A DNA stretch of 64,000 bases from Eledone cirrhosa. Its lineage: Eukaryota. The DNA is taken from positions 80,972,001 to 81,036,000 of the forward strand of contig OZ024740.1 of assembly GCA_964016885.1 (NCBI GenBank), read 5' to 3'. This document shows positions 23,125 to 37,700 of this stretch, in pieces (position 1 is the first letter of the stretch; each line of letters opens with the position of its first letter). The position numbers and the translations under genes are program-made. Under the pieces are notes generated by a model, which saw nothing but the letters and a program-made list of their open reading frames with translations, did not search any database and was not told the DNA's origin.

Positions 23125-23402
23125 ATTTTTTAATATAAGGAACTGTTTCTTTGTTTATTCCTTATTTTATTAATTTATATATATATATATATACATATAC
23201 ACATATATATACATACATACATACACAAAATAAAAATAAAGGGAAGGAAGGGGTAATCAAATAGTAGGGCATACGACAAATAAAAAATAAAGGTATGCAT
23301 GTTTATAGCTGATTAAGAGCACTCAACAGTTCCTGGAGCAAATAATCAATAAAAGTTAGCATTAAAACACTCTGTATGTAATTATGCATATACATACAAA
23401 AC

Positions 23403-23467
<65 letters not shown>

Positions 23468-23642
23468 CCAACTACATACAAATATATATACATATACACA
23501 TATATACATATATATACATATATACATATATACATATATATACATATGTGTATATATACACACACACACTAATATACACACACACATAAGTAAAAAGGAT
23601 TACACCACATAAATAAAAATACACACACACTCACACATATAA

Positions 23643-23703
<61 letters not shown>

Positions 23704-24046
23704 CATACACATACACATATATACAAAAAATTCATACATACATATACACACATATATATATATGCATACACTTAATTACACATATACACGACAACATACA
23801 TACACTTAAAATTAATATCTAAAAATCAAAAGGGGTGGGTATGTAAAGGGTAAGGTAGAGAGTAGGTGGGAATAAGGAAAATAAATAACATAAGAACAAG
23901 TTAAAAAATAAGAGGAGATAAGGGAGAAAGAGAAAGTGAGTTCAGAGAGTAATAAAAGTCGTAGTAGATGTAAGGCGTAAAGAGCGAAGAAGTTCAAGGT
24001 GGTTAAAATTGAAAATAATTTTTTATGTATTTCTTTTATATATATG

Positions 24047-24079
<33 letters not shown>

Positions 24080-24129
24080 ATGTGTGTATATGTATATATA
24101 TCTATATGCATAAGTGTATATATTATTTT

Positions 24130-24324
24130 TTTATATTTTTTATTTTTTTATTTTCTTAATCCTTATTTTTTATTTGCTTATTTGTATGTGACGGCCTACA
24201 ATGATTATTTATCCTTATTTGTGTGTGTGCATATGTATCCTTTTATATGTGAGTACGTATGCAGGTGTGTATATATGTGTGTATGTATGTGTGTATGTAT
24301 GTATGTGTATGTGTATTTATATGC

Positions 24325-24356
<32 letters not shown>

Positions 24357-24785
24357 GTGTGTGTGTGCATGTATATACATATATATACATGTGTATATAT
24401 ATGTGTACATATGCATGTATATATATATGTGTATATATATGTGTATATATCCGTGTATATATCTATATATGTGTGTATATGTGAGTGTGTGTGCGTGTGT
24501 GTGTGTTTACGTGTGTGTTGTTATATAATCTTATTTATTATCCCCCTCCCCTTTTTCCTCCAGCCTCACATTCATATCTGTTTTATTTTTGTTTTTCAAA
24601 TCCACTGTCAATAAAGACACCAGGGATTTTTAATTCTGATGAATGAAAGCAATTTTGGTTGCTTTCAAGAAACCACTGGTAAATGAAATAATTATCTTAT
24701 GTTGTTTATTACATAACTAATAAGCTCTGTAACTTACATAGAGCACTCTTTTCTCCTGGACCTTTCCGACGGAATTACTTAATTT
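24130..24785 (+). repeat. Solo copy of the PLE pseudo-LTR (family A)
   Basis: Reverse complement of 1424-2160; no adjacent ORF. Confidence 0.75.
24630..24690 (+). ncRNA. Type I hammerhead ribozyme (family A)
   Basis: att-CTGATGA-atgaaagcaattttggttgctttcaa-GAAA-ccactgg-TA-aatgaaa. Confidence 0.85.
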
Positions 24786-24824
24786 ACACAGACACACACA
24801 CACACACATACATACACACACACA

Positions 24825-24865
<41 letters not shown>

Positions 24866-25003
24866 TTATGTGAGTGTGTATATATTGTGCGTGGTTATGT
24901 ATGTTTATGTATATATGTTTGTATATGTATATATATATATATGTATATATATATGTCTGTATGTAGATGTATGTATATATATGAGTAGATGTATCTTTTT
25001 GTA

Positions 25004-25067
<64 letters not shown>

Positions 25068-25190
25068 AAGATATTACATATTTAATATCATTGAATATTT
25101 ACTCCAGGATTCTGTTCATTGCTCTAAATCAGTTATAAACATTTATATTTATGCTTCACGGATTTCCAACAAATTGAATATCCCTTCTAC

Positions 25191-25253
<63 letters not shown>

Positions 25254-25299
25254 TTAAAACAATGAAATCAAAATGAAAGTCATTAGAAATATACTTCAC

Positions 25300-25425
25300 T
25301 GATTTACGATCGTTTCTAGGTGATAATAATACCTCGTACGCATATTTCGTTATCGATCTATGTAGGGTTAGTTACAAAATATCAAATAAAGAATATATTT
25401 ACCTATATGTATATCATCAGCAATT
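25300..25425 (-). ncRNA. Diverged long-stem-II hammerhead (family E)
   Basis: attg-CTGATGA-[~95 nt]-ccta-GAAA-cgatcg-TA-aatc; stem I imperfect. Confidence 0.5.
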
Positions 25426-25842
25426 GTCAAAAGCAATGAAAATTTTATTCAATATCAATAGTAAATTGAGTTCTATGACCTTATTTGGAGGTAGCTGAAT
25501 AACAAACCAATCAAATGGTTTTTTGCCATATGATGTTAAGATGAAATATCACTCACTTTAGTTGAGGTCATGACCCTTTGAAAAGAATGGTTGAATGGTG
25601 TTAAACATAGAATTACTATAAAGTACCTATGAGGAAAAGAGATTGTTATATTGATAGTGGAATGTAGATGGTGGACTGAAGTTTAAAAAGGATTGTAAAA
25701 ATTAAATGTTGAGATGTGTTGTCTGGAATATACAGAGATAACTAGTATAAATACAAATCGGTAAAGTAATGGTCATAACTAGGAAGGATAGTATATTAAA
25801 AGATGAAAATTATAAGATAATAAAATATAATAATATAATATA

Positions 25843-26052
25843 ATTGTTTCTATTTTTGGCACAAGGTCAGCAATTACCCAGTACATTACTGGTACTTTAT
25901 TTTATCGACCCCGTAAGGACGAAAGGCAAAATTAACCTTGGCGTGATTTGAACTCAGCCCATAAAGGGCCGTAATTCTTTGCTGTAAAGCATGGCGTCCG
26001 AGCCTCTACCGATACTACCAATTATACCGATACTGCCAATTACACCGCCCTC
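25843..26052 (-). mobile_element. tRNA-derived SINE
   Basis: Same family as 5125-5312, flanked by (ATATA)n. Confidence 0.88.
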
Positions 26053-26372
26053 ATATAATAATATAATATAATAATATAATATAATGTAATATTATATAGT
26101 ACAGTATGCTACATTGTATATAGTATAATATAGCGGATGATGCATTATAAAATATAAAATATGAAATATTTTCATGTGGGTCTATGTATAAGTAATCAAA
26201 CTCAGATAAATGCACGGTGATATATAGTCAAAACGCATAATTTTCTTAGATCACAAAAGTAAATATATTCACATATATAGATAGAGATATAATTACATTG
26301 ATACTCCACTAAAAACATACATACGCATACATAGATATAAACATATACATATACATGCATACACGCACACAA

Positions 26373-26426
<54 letters not shown>

Positions 26427-26465
26427 ATGTATATATAGTATATTTTGCAATACACTATATATACA

Positions 26466-26555
<90 letters not shown>

Positions 26556-26682
26556 TGTATATATAGTGTATTTTGCAATACACTTTATGGTTTATTAAAA
26601 CCATTTCGAAGACCTTACGCTATTGTTTTAGAGTAGTGACAGTCTCACTTACTTTAAGTTTTCAGCAAACAAGGGGAGATAA

Positions 26683-26727
26683 AGCTGACAGAGCTCTGTT
26701 TCGTACTTTTTGGCACTTATCAAAGCT
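26683..26727 (-). ncRNA. Variant hammerhead, U3-A8 core (family D)
   Basis: agct-TTGATAA-gtgc caaaaa gtac-GAAA-cagagctctg-TC-agct. Confidence 0.78.
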
Positions 26728-27115
26728 AAGTATTCCACCTGTTTGCTGAAAATCATGAATATTTGATTCTTATAGAATTCTAGTAATAATCAGGAACTGG
26801 TATATATATATACACACTTATATATACATACATGTACATACACATATTCACACACATACACATATACACACATATATATATACACATATATATATATATT
26901 CTCTTATCATACATACATAGATACATGTATACCCATGCAATTACAGGTGGTTATTTACCTTGATGCCCTTCGTCAGTAACGCATGAATCTATGGAAGCTA
27001 ACAAATTAAAAGGTTAACAAATAAAAAAATAAACAGGAAGGCGTATAATTAGGGGAACGGGATACTAACAAATGGTACGTCACATAGAACTATAGTGAGT
27101 TGCTATTTAGAATGT

Positions 27116-29060
27116 TTAATTTGGTTTATAGTACTTAAATGTTTTTAGTATACGGTGATTACAAGTTATAAGTTCCTGTCTTTTATTCAACAAATCGTCC
27201 TTAGATTTAGTAATTTCCAAAATCTCCCCGGAACATAATCTGCATTCTTTTCTGTTCCCAAGATATGGAGTTCTTTGCAGAATGGTATTCCACGATAGCT
27301 TGACATCTATTTTTTTATTTTTATAGTTATTTACTGCTTCAGCTAAAGATGTGGTGTTAGCTAGTTTAGTATGGTTAAAGCTTCTGGAGTGTGCGTAATA
27401 TCTCTTCTTAAATGTGTTCGATGTAGATCCTATATATGATTTGTTGGAGTCAGTAGTAGACACAGTGCATTCATATATTACATTATTAATCAAACAGTTG
27501 CCATTTAAGGGGCAAACGCTTCTATTTCTGCAATTACAACCATACGTAAGATGGTTGTTGGGGGTACCTACATAATTCTCATTAATCCTTGAGCTATTCT
27601 TATTGTAATTAATGTTACAGAGAAAATGTGTGCGGCTTTGTGGGTGATTTAGTGCTGGGGTCGTATTGTGATTTTGTGTTATGTTGTTTTTGTGTTGGTG
27701 ATTTGGGTGGTTGTGTTTTCCAGGTTGAAGGATTGCATTATTTGTCCTTTTAAAAGGTGCAGTCTTATTTAAATTATGTTGTGGTGATGTGGTCATATTA
27801 TTTTTAAATTTATAAATGTTGTAGTTGCTTATTTTTTGCTGGAGATTGTTTGATGTAGAGTATGAGAATTTAACAGTATACTTGTTAAATATTTGGTGGT
27901 ATCTGTGATTTGGTGGAAAATGTTTATGTAGAATTTCGATTTTTTGGGGGGGATTTGTGCAATAATTTGCAGGTTGAAGGGTGCGTTGTACCATGTTATG
28001 TTTCTTTTGCGGGTTTTAGTTAAGTTCTTATTCCCACTTATATTAATGTGCTGTGTTCTAGAAGATTTCTTATGGTTAGTATTTGTATTTGTGGAATTTG
28101 GTAAAATGCAGTGGTTGATTTGGTATTATGAGCGGTTGAATGTTTGGTAGTCATATGTGAGTTGTTAACATTGGTCATAGATCGTGTAGTAATAGTTGTT
28201 GTGGTTTTTCGGTTGTTTGGTGTGATAGGAATGACCTCATTAAGCATTTGTTTCGATGGTATTTTTTGGTGTTTGTAGTTTTTTCTAGGTTTTGTAGTAT
28301 GGTCCATAGTAGTGTTGGAGATATATGAAATTTTTCTTTATATCCACTTCTAGTTAGGGCCTCGTTGTAGAAGGGTGCATTTTTATAAAATATATCCTCA
28401 TTGAAAGATAATTTAGAAAGTCTAAGGGATATGTTATATACTAAGTTTTTGAGTATAGAGCCAGGGTGGTTAGAGCGTGAATGTACATAGTGTATATTCT
28501 GGTTGGGTTTGTGGTAAGGTTGATAAATATTCGTAGAGAGGTCTAAGGTAACGTCAAGGAAGTTAGCTACTTTTTAGGTGCTTTCAAACGTGATGTTAAG
28601 GTTGTAATAGTCCTTGAGGGATTTTCTAATTTGTTTTTTGTTTTTCTCTATATTAGAATTGCTAAGATTGTTAGATATCAATAGACAATCATCCCGAAAG
28701 AGACCACCTTTGAGGTGTGGAAAAGAGGAATGAATATTATAGAGGAGAAATAGTCCAACGAGGTCTGTAACTTGAGCAGAGTCCATGGATGCCATCGTTA
28801 TATCGAATAAGTTGTTATACGTGTTTCTTGTCCAGTGTTCTTCTTGGAAGTTTAGTAAGGTTTTTCTAGCGTGAGTTATGATGTTGATTTCCTCAGTAGA
28901 TAAATCCAATCTATTTCTGGTGAAGATCAGTGCTTTGTTTAAGCGAATTGGAGAAATAAAAGAATAGTAAGAATCGATGTCGAATTATATGAATGAAGCT
29001 GAGTTTTTATTCTCGATGTTAGTGAACCATTCAATAACCTGGGAAGTGTTATCCCATAAT
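27116..29060 (-). mobile_element. 5'-truncated Penelope-like element (RT + C-terminal GIY-YIG), frameshifted
   Basis: FDITMASMDSAQVTDLVGLFLL, GLFRDD; CNCRNRSVCPLNGNC, VIYECTV...YIGST...FKKRY, CRLC, LLNKRQE. Confidence 0.9.
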
Positions 29061-29153
29061 GGAAGTGTTACACATTTTCTAATATATATGTGCGTGCGTA
29101 CATACTTGTACATATGTGTATGTGTGTATGTGTGTATGTATATTTTTATATAT

Positions 29154-29216
<63 letters not shown>

Positions 29217-29499
29217 TGTGTGTGTGTATGTGGTTGTATGTATTTTTTCTCATGTGTATGAGTTTATGTTTATGTTATACCTTTATTTGTTTCCATACAT
29301 GTTTTTACGGTTTTAGTTGTGTGTATGTGGTGATTATAAGCCTTTATTTTCTGTCTGTATAGTCTTATGTATGTGTATGTATATGTATGTGTGTGAATAT
29401 ATATATATTTATTGATATATGTATATACACCTACATTTGTGTATATGTCCCTATACGTGTGGTTGATTGTATGTGCGTGTATGTATGTGAGTATGTATA

Positions 29500-29554
<55 letters not shown>

Positions 29555-29644
29555 ATAATAATAAATTTGAAGACTAAAATCCAAATAGGGCTCGATAAGG
29601 ATAAATATATATCAAATATATAAGAACCGTAGAGAAAATATTTA

Positions 29645-30908
29645 TTAAAATAACAGATTAAAGTTTAAGCAAAGAATCGCTGCTTTCACCCTTAACGGGA
29701 TCTTCTGAAACTAATAAAGTCAATCTGTAAACGCAGAAGTGGATATTTCAAAAAACGTTGCAACCGGAGGAAGAGAGGAAGACGATACTTTGTTTCGTGG
29801 AAACGTTCGCTGGCAAAGAACGGGAAAAAACGAATATAATACGCCATTAATAGGAGCGGTGAAAAACAATTACACGCAAAGACAGAACCACGTTTATGGT
29901 ATAAAAGAAGTCGTAGACTAATGTTCTCTTAAGTGGTTCATAGAGACGTTCTCTGGCAATGAACGGAAAAAACGAAGATAATACGTCGTATGTGGAGCGT
30001 GGAGAACAATTGCACGCAAAGACAAAACCACGTAAATGGTATAGCTGAAGTCGTAGACTAAAATTCTAACTAGGAAACCGAATGATTCTCCGTTTCAGAG
30101 TTAAGAATAAAGTAAATAAAATGCAATACAGAGGAAATTGAAATTAAATAAATACATACACGCATCCAAATACGTACATACACAAGCATACGCGAAAACA
30201 CTCGCCATAGGTATACAGAACCTGCACATATAAATATGTGTGTGTGTGTGTGCGTGTATACAAATAAATAAGTAATACATAAACGTATATAAATAAATAA
30301 ATACGTATATAACAAGCGCACATGCATACCTACATGTAAATACACAAATGTTCGGAGATGCACGTCAACCAAAACATGAAGTACACATATACACACACCC
30401 AACATACGTACGAACCCGCATACTCACACAGACGCAAAACTCCCGTAATACATAACCAAAAACATATGTACCATAATATATAACAACATTTACGCCATAA
30501 CATATACAATCAAATATACGTACGAGAAAGTATACGTACCTTCACAAAACATACAGGTATTATATACTTACCTATGCAAATAAGTAATGGTATAAACATA
30601 ACATATACTTAGCTACCACACCAAGACGTAAAATATCAACGTATGGATCGTACTATCCGTTAGGGTATAATGTGGGGCTATAATACAGAAAAGTTTTGTG
30701 CAAGTTATGTTTACAAGCCGAAATTGCCTCAGATTTTTTTGTTTAAGATGTGGTCTGTGGCGTAGAGTATTTCCAGGGCCTCAGCGGCGCAGAGGTCACA
30801 AGGTCTTTTATTTCCGTTATACGATCTAGCCCTAGCTAGGATCTCCCAGTGTAACTTATATTGGGTGTGGTTGTCTTTTAGATTCCAGATATAAGCTGAA
30901 AGTGATGT
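29645..30908. repeat. Left arm of ~1.25-kb inverted repeat (PLE 3' end/pseudo-LTR)
   Basis: Reverse complement of 33365-34605; ORF-track pairs 29739(+)/34328(-) and 30070(-)/33859(+) are near-identical. Confidence 0.9.
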
Positions 30909-32790
30909 CATATTCCTTCTCAGAGCGTAACGAAAAGAATGGGTATGCATGTAAAGACGCTGCTTGAATCTATTGGGGGTTAACCCTATGTAGGCCCTAC
31001 GGGACGTCGGTGTTTCAACCTTACATTTGTAGACAATGTTACTAGAGAGGCATTTCCCGGGTAGGGGGCAATCAACCTGATTCCTACAATTACAGTTAGT
31101 ACTAACTACAGGGTTGCACGTGTTCCTACGGCTAGGTAGTTTAGCTAAATTTGAAACTGTGATGTTATGTGCAAGGTTAGGAGTCGTAGAGTAAGACATT
31201 CTAATAGTATTTCTATTAAAAATGTTACTATATTTATGTGTAGGGGGAAAATGCTTCGTAATAAGGGAAAGAAAGATCTTAGCTAATGGTGTGGCCACCT
31301 CCATATTATATGGTGAGTTATACCATATAATGCGACGGGATCTATTTCTTCTAGGTCTATTCTCGTTCTCTGTATATGCTACCTTATCGACAAATCCACT
31401 CCGAGCAAGAACTTCATTATAATATGTGGAATGGTCGTTGAAAATATGCTCGTTAGTAGATAGACGAGAAAGCCTCAACGAAACGTTTCTTACCAGGTTC
31501 TTGGTTATGCTGGCAGGATGGTTGGAATGCTTACTTATGTAATTAAGCGTATCATTCGGCTTTCTATACGGGTAATACAAGCCATTCGATAAATTGTGTT
31601 TAACGTCGAAGTAATTAACGAACGAGAGGTTGGCCTCAACCTGTATAGAGAGGTTGAAGCATTTAAAGAAGGCTGTGAGTTCTTTTCTGAACCTGTCGCA
31701 AGCACGAGGGCCGCACTTAGTCATGGTCAAAAGACCATCGTCACTGTACAAACCACCGCCCGCGTTGGGGAATTCGTCCTTGATAGAGAAAAGAAGGAAA
31801 AGGCCGGTAAGATCAGTAACCTCCGCAGAATCGCTGGCGCCCATACTCACGTCGAATGGGGAACTATTGGATTTTGAATCCAAATAGTGTCGTCGAAATT
31901 AATCACCGACTTACGGGCATTGAGGATGACATCAACTTCGAAATCCTTAACCACTGTCAGTGTTTTAGCGAAATTGATAGCTCTAAGGAGAAGTGGTAAA
32001 GTTATGGAGGAGTAGTAATTATTGATGTTGAATTGCATAAAACGACAATTTTCCTTGTTGCATATTCCTTTGAACCAATCAATCACCGCGAAAGAATTGT
32101 TCCACACTGCAAGAGGGGCCAAACTTCTAATTTCAGGTATAATTCTATCAAGAATCCTTTTACTAAGTCTACCTAAATCTGACTTCGTAAGGTTAATAAG
32201 CCGAATAGAGGGGTTGTTCAGAAAATTGGATTTATGATCCTTCAGCGTAAAGAAGTTCGGTTCGGTCCAGGATGTTGAGATCAGAGGTGACTTTTAAACC
32301 CACCATCGTTGATTTCATTGATGACGCACCGATTAGTTTTACGGTAATCCTTAGTTACAGCATAATGTAGTAGTTGATGGTAAGTACTGCGCTCCACTTG
32401 ATATAGGTTGCCAGTTTTGTCGGAATGGACGTGCACGACATTAGAATCCTTAATAGAACGAATTCTATTCTTCAGGTCCTGCTGGAAGGAATTGCTCCTA
32501 TTCCGAAATTTGATACTCCGTATGAGTTCCAAGACATCATTTTCAAAGGGTAGCAATGCTGGGTTACAAGAAGGTTTATTATAGGTTTTAAACCCAAATT
32601 TATCATGTTTGTTGTCTGCTTTTCGCGGATTATCGAAATAAAAGGCACGCCAACGTACCCTTTTAATGAACGCGTCTGTTTTCAGTATCAGGAGTTTTAG
32701 GTATGTTTTCCTGCTTGGTACGGGTATGTTCTTTGTAGAAATACTCAGATGTTGTTTCTGCATGACGAATATAAGTCAATAGAGTGTTCA
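30690..32790 (-). mobile_element. Near full-length Penelope-like element (RT + GIY-YIG) with frameshifts, probably Hydra-type
   Basis: [62 protein letters not shown]...YIG, CDLC, ILNKK. Confidence 0.92.
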
Positions 32791-32821
32791 ACCGAGGGAG
32801 CCAAATATATGTGTGTATATA

Positions 32822-32914
<93 letters not shown>

Positions 32915-33239
32915 ATATATTTGTATGTATGTACTTATTTGTGTATATGTTTGACCAGTACATATGTGTGTGTATATATGTATGTGTATGTATATATATA
33001 TATCTTTTTGTGCAATTTCTTACCATGTGTGTTTGTTTATTTTTATTTGTTTTTTTTCCTCTCTCCTATCGTTGTCAAAGTGCTAATGTTTCACTTTTTA
33101 TTTTTATTTGAATTTAATTGTATTTGACTTTAATTATTTTTGCTTTAATTTATTAATTTATTATTATGACTTAACGTATATGTATTTGTCTATGCCTGTT
33201 GATGTGACAGCTTATTTTTTATGTGTATATATATATATG

Positions 33240-33271
<32 letters not shown>

Positions 33272-33364
33272 TATAGTAATAATAATAAATTTGAAGACCA
33301 AAATCCAAAGAGGGCTCGATAAGGATAAATATATATCAAATATATAAGAACCGTAGAGCAAATC

Positions 33365-34603
33365 GTCACTTTCAGCTTACATCTGGAGTCTAAAAGACAA
33401 CCCAATATAAGTTACACTTGGAGATCCTAGCTAGGGCTAGATTGTATAACGGAAATAAAAGACCTTGTGAGCTCTGCGCTGCTGAGGCCCTGGAAATACT
33501 CTACGCCACAGACCACATCTTAAACAAAAAATCTGAGGCAATTTCGGCTTGTAAACATAAATTGCACAAAACTTTCCTGTATTACAGCCCCACATTATAC
33601 ATAACGGATAGTACAATCTATACGTGGACATTTTACGTCTTGATGTGGTAGCAAAGTATATGTTATGTTTATACCATTACTTATTTGCATAGGTAAGTAT
33701 ATATTACCTGCATGTTTTGTGAGGGTACGTATACTTTCTCGTACGTATATTTGATTGTATATGTTATGGCGTATATTTTTTTATATATTATGGTACATAT
33801 GTTTTTGATTATGTGTTACGGGAGTTTTGCGTATGTGTAAGTATGCGGGTTCGTACGTATGTTGGGTGTGTGTATATGTGTACTTCATGTTTTGGTTGAC
33901 GTACATATCCGAACATTTGTGTATTTACATGTAGGTATGTGTGTGCGCTTGTTATATACGTATTTATTTATATATACGTTTATTTATTACTTATTTATTT
34001 GTATACACGCACACACACACACATATTTATATGTGCGTGGTTTTGTATACATATGGCGAGTGTTTTCGCGTATGCTTGTGTATGTACGTATTTGGATGCG
34101 TGTATGTATTTGTTTAATTTCAATTACCTCTGTATTGTATTTTATTTACTTTATTCTTAACTCTGAAGCGGAGAATCATTCGGTTTCCTAGTTAGAATTT
34201 TAGTCTACGACTTCAGCTATAGGATTTACGTGGTTTTGTCTTTGCGTGCAATTGTTCCCCACGCTCCACATATGACGTATTATCTTCGTTTTTTCCGTTC
34301 ATTGCCAGAGAACCACCTACGAGAACATTAGTCTACGACTTCTTTTATACCATCAACGTGGTTCTGTCTTTGCGTGTAATTGTTTTTCACCGCTCCTATT
34401 AATGGCGTATTATATTCGTTTTTTCCCGTTCTTTGCCAGGGAACGTTTCCACGAAACAAAGTATCGTCTTCCTCTCTTCCCCCGGTTGCAACGTTTTTTG
34501 AAATATCCACTTCTGCGTTTACAGATTGACTCTGTTAGTTTCAGAAGATCCCGTCAAGGGTGAAAGCAGCGATTCTCTGCTTAAACTTTTATCTGTTATT
34601 TTA

Positions 34604-34605
<2 letters not shown>
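33365..34605 (+). repeat. Inverted 5'-truncated PLE copy (EN C-terminus + pseudo-LTR)
   Basis: ORF 33418-33651 EILARARLYNGNKRPCELCAAEALEIL duplicates the EN end in the opposite orientation. Confidence 0.9.
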
Positions 34606-34685
<80 letters not shown>

Positions 34686-34689
<4 letters not shown>

Positions 34690-35426
34690 TGATGAGCAGA
34701 ACAAACAAACATTAAATAATCCTTTAAATAAATTAAAAAATGATTCAAATATCTACCTGTTCATAATGCTATTACCGGCGGTTTCCGTTTACAAAAGATT
34801 AGAAATTCGGAGAATTTCCAACTGAAAGTAAACTTCACCAGATAGCTATTTCCTTTCTACGGTCTTCAAATATAATGCCAACTACCAATTATATTATAAA
34901 CACCCTATATATCTCTATGGGGACTTAGTACTCAGTGAGATATTTACCTCATTTTTTATATTCTCCAATCTATGTAGAGAAAAAATTCGTTGTTGCTTAC
35001 TGCTATATTTTTAGCAGCCAAGCCATCAACAAGTCTGTAATATTCCCGCTTTAACTAGCGGCCGGTTCACATGTGGGTCACTTTAACGGCCATAACTCAT
35101 ACGAGCTGGTAGTTGGCATTATATTTGCAAACCGTAGGACATATGTCCTATAGAAAAGAAATAGCTATCAGTGGAAGTTTACTTTCCGTTGCAAATTCTC
35201 CGATTTCTAATCTTTTGTAAACGGTAATCGCCGGTAATAGCATTATGAACAGGTAGATATTTGAATCATTTTTTAATTTATTTAAAGGATTATTTAATGT
35301 TTGTTTGTTCTGCTCATCAATTTTTATAGTTCTGGTATCTCGAATTAGTTCCATAGAACAACAATTATATTTTAGACAACGTATATATCTCTATGGGTAC
35401 TTAGTACTCAGTGAGATATTTACCTC

Positions 35427-35430
<4 letters not shown>
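34686..35430. mobile_element. Family F HHR-bearing non-coding element, inverted/permuted arrangement in (TA)n
   Basis: 34686-34860 inverted against 35150-35325; homologous to 39880-40285 and 62250-62690; local HHR cores are mutated (CTGGTGA; CAGTGGA/GTAA). Confidence 0.8.
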
Positions 35431-35502
<72 letters not shown>

Positions 35503-35504
<2 letters not shown>

Positions 35505-36233
35505 TCTTTAAAGCGATGAAATGCCTATGACGGTTGGAAGACCACTGATGAAGGACAAACTTTTTCATATGTAACCCATTTGCAACGCCGCAGCTCCATT
35601 ATTATCATATTTACACATATATTTTTTCCTCTGCTGCTACACGTCTCTTTCGTTCTTTGTATCTTTACCCTTTCTAGCAGTCTCTCTCTCTCTGTTAGCC
35701 TCTTCCTCACCCTTCACTCACTCATTCTCTGACACTACCTCTCCTCCTCCTCTTTCTTCCCGTTTGACCTGTCCGTAATTCTTTTCTCGCGCGCTCTTGG
35801 CCGAGCCGGTATGAATTTTTTTCTCTCTCTCTCGTCTGCGATTTCACAGAACTTATGTTTACCGAATTCGCAGACCAGACCCCTTCTTCCCCCCGTTAGA
35901 CCTGTGCGAAATTCCTTCCTTGCTCACATTTCAACCAGGTTTGATGGTCTTTATTCTCTCGTTCACGATTTCACCGAATTTATATTCATAGAAATCTGGG
36001 ACTTGTCTCTTTCTTCATCACTTTCTGTTGCTTAAACCATTTTGTTTGTTTACCCTAGAGTCCCCTTTATTTACGTGTCCCAACGACTTTTTTTAGCCGT
36101 TGCTCGCACCACCTGAGGTATATGGTCTTTAAAGCGATGAAATGCCTATGACGGTTGGAAGACCACTGATGAAGGACAAACTTTTTCATATGTAACCCAT
36201 TTGCAACGCCGCAGCTCCATTATTATCATATTT

Positions 36234-36240
<7 letters not shown>
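35503..36240. repeat. ~620-bp unit followed by partial direct repeat, in (TA)n
   Basis: tggtctttaaagcgatgaaatgcc...catatttacaca at ~35502-35617 and ~36123-36238. Confidence 0.8.
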
Positions 36241-36297
<57 letters not shown>

Positions 36298-36471
36298 ATT
36301 TATTTGTGTGTATATGAATATTCAGATATATATATATGTTTAATTGTGTGTCTGTGTGTGTGTTTATATACTTATTATCTATAATATATTTTTCCTCTTC
36401 CCTCAGCCTCACCTACATATTTCTTATATTTTTGTTTTCATATCCACTTTCAATAAAAACACGAGGATTTT

Positions 36472-36533
36472 TTTCCTTCTGACGACTGAAAGCAGATTTG
36501 TTTGCTTTCAAGAAACTACTGGTAAATAAAATA
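36472..36533 (+). ncRNA. Hammerhead, diverged family A copy
   Basis: tt-CTGACGA-c tgaaagcaga tttg tttgctttca a-GAAA-cta c tgg-TA-aa. Confidence 0.7.
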
Positions 36534-36559
36534 ATTAACTTATGTTGTGTATTACATAA

Positions 36560-36626
<67 letters not shown>

Positions 36627-36830
36627 ATATAAAATGCCTTGGTCAATGACCTCCACCGATCACACAAATGACCACTTTCCCCAACCACCAGAAAATATTT
36701 AAATAAAACAGTGTTACAAGGGCAATCAGCTTTCGTGATGATTTCTTTTCAGTGAAACACTTTTAGTCCTGTTGAAGCCATTTTGTTATGTATACATACA
36801 CACTCATCCACACACACACGTACACACACT

Positions 36831-36946
<116 letters not shown>

Positions 36947-37515
36947 TATATATATATATAGAGAGAGAGAGACAAAGAGAGAAAGGGAGAGGGGAGATGA
37001 TAAATGTGGCATCAAGTGATTAAATATATATATATATGTATATAGATATCCATCATGGATCAACTAAGCACTCTTGCTATATTAACACATTTTGATCTGC
37101 TTATCTTCAAGAACTATGCCTGTAAATAATATCATTTTTTTATTTCCCATTATCTTATTATGCTCCACATTACCCTCCTTTTTTCTTTTTTCTTTACACT
37201 TCAAAAACCTTGTTTGTAAATTACATTATTCTTTCTTCACTATTTCCTTAACATGTTCAACATCACCAACATTTTACGCCAATACAAATTCCCCCCTTTG
37301 ATAATGCATAAAATGCTGAAACCGGTAATAGACATTATTAAATATATAAATAAATAAATAAATGCCATTGTTAATTAATAAATAAATTAATTAATACCTT
37401 AACACTTCACACAAAGTAAAATATTTTGTTTTAAACATTTTCTAGCCCAGAAAAGAGAAAAAATAAAAGGGAAAACAAATATTTTTCTTCCTAATAATCG
37501 TCTTATTCTCGCTAT

Positions 37516-37587
<72 letters not shown>

Positions 37588-37700
37588 TATTTTGCAATAC
37601 ACTGTTTGCTTAATCAAAAGCATTTCGGAGACCTTATGCTATTGTTTTAGAGTAGTGACAGTGTCACTTACTTTAAATTTTCAGCAAACAGGGGAGATAA

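Noticed and set aside
26955-26980. CTGACGA on the minus strand downstream of a PLE
   Set aside because: Position is suggestive, but no GAAA or closing stems are visible.
29560-29725. HHR-like TTGAAGA and GAAActaaTA in the PLE pseudo-LTR
   Set aside because: Core halves do not assemble into a consistent hammerhead.
35546-36175. CTGATGA in the 620-bp partial tandem
   Set aside because: No correctly placed GAAA/stem II/stem III found.
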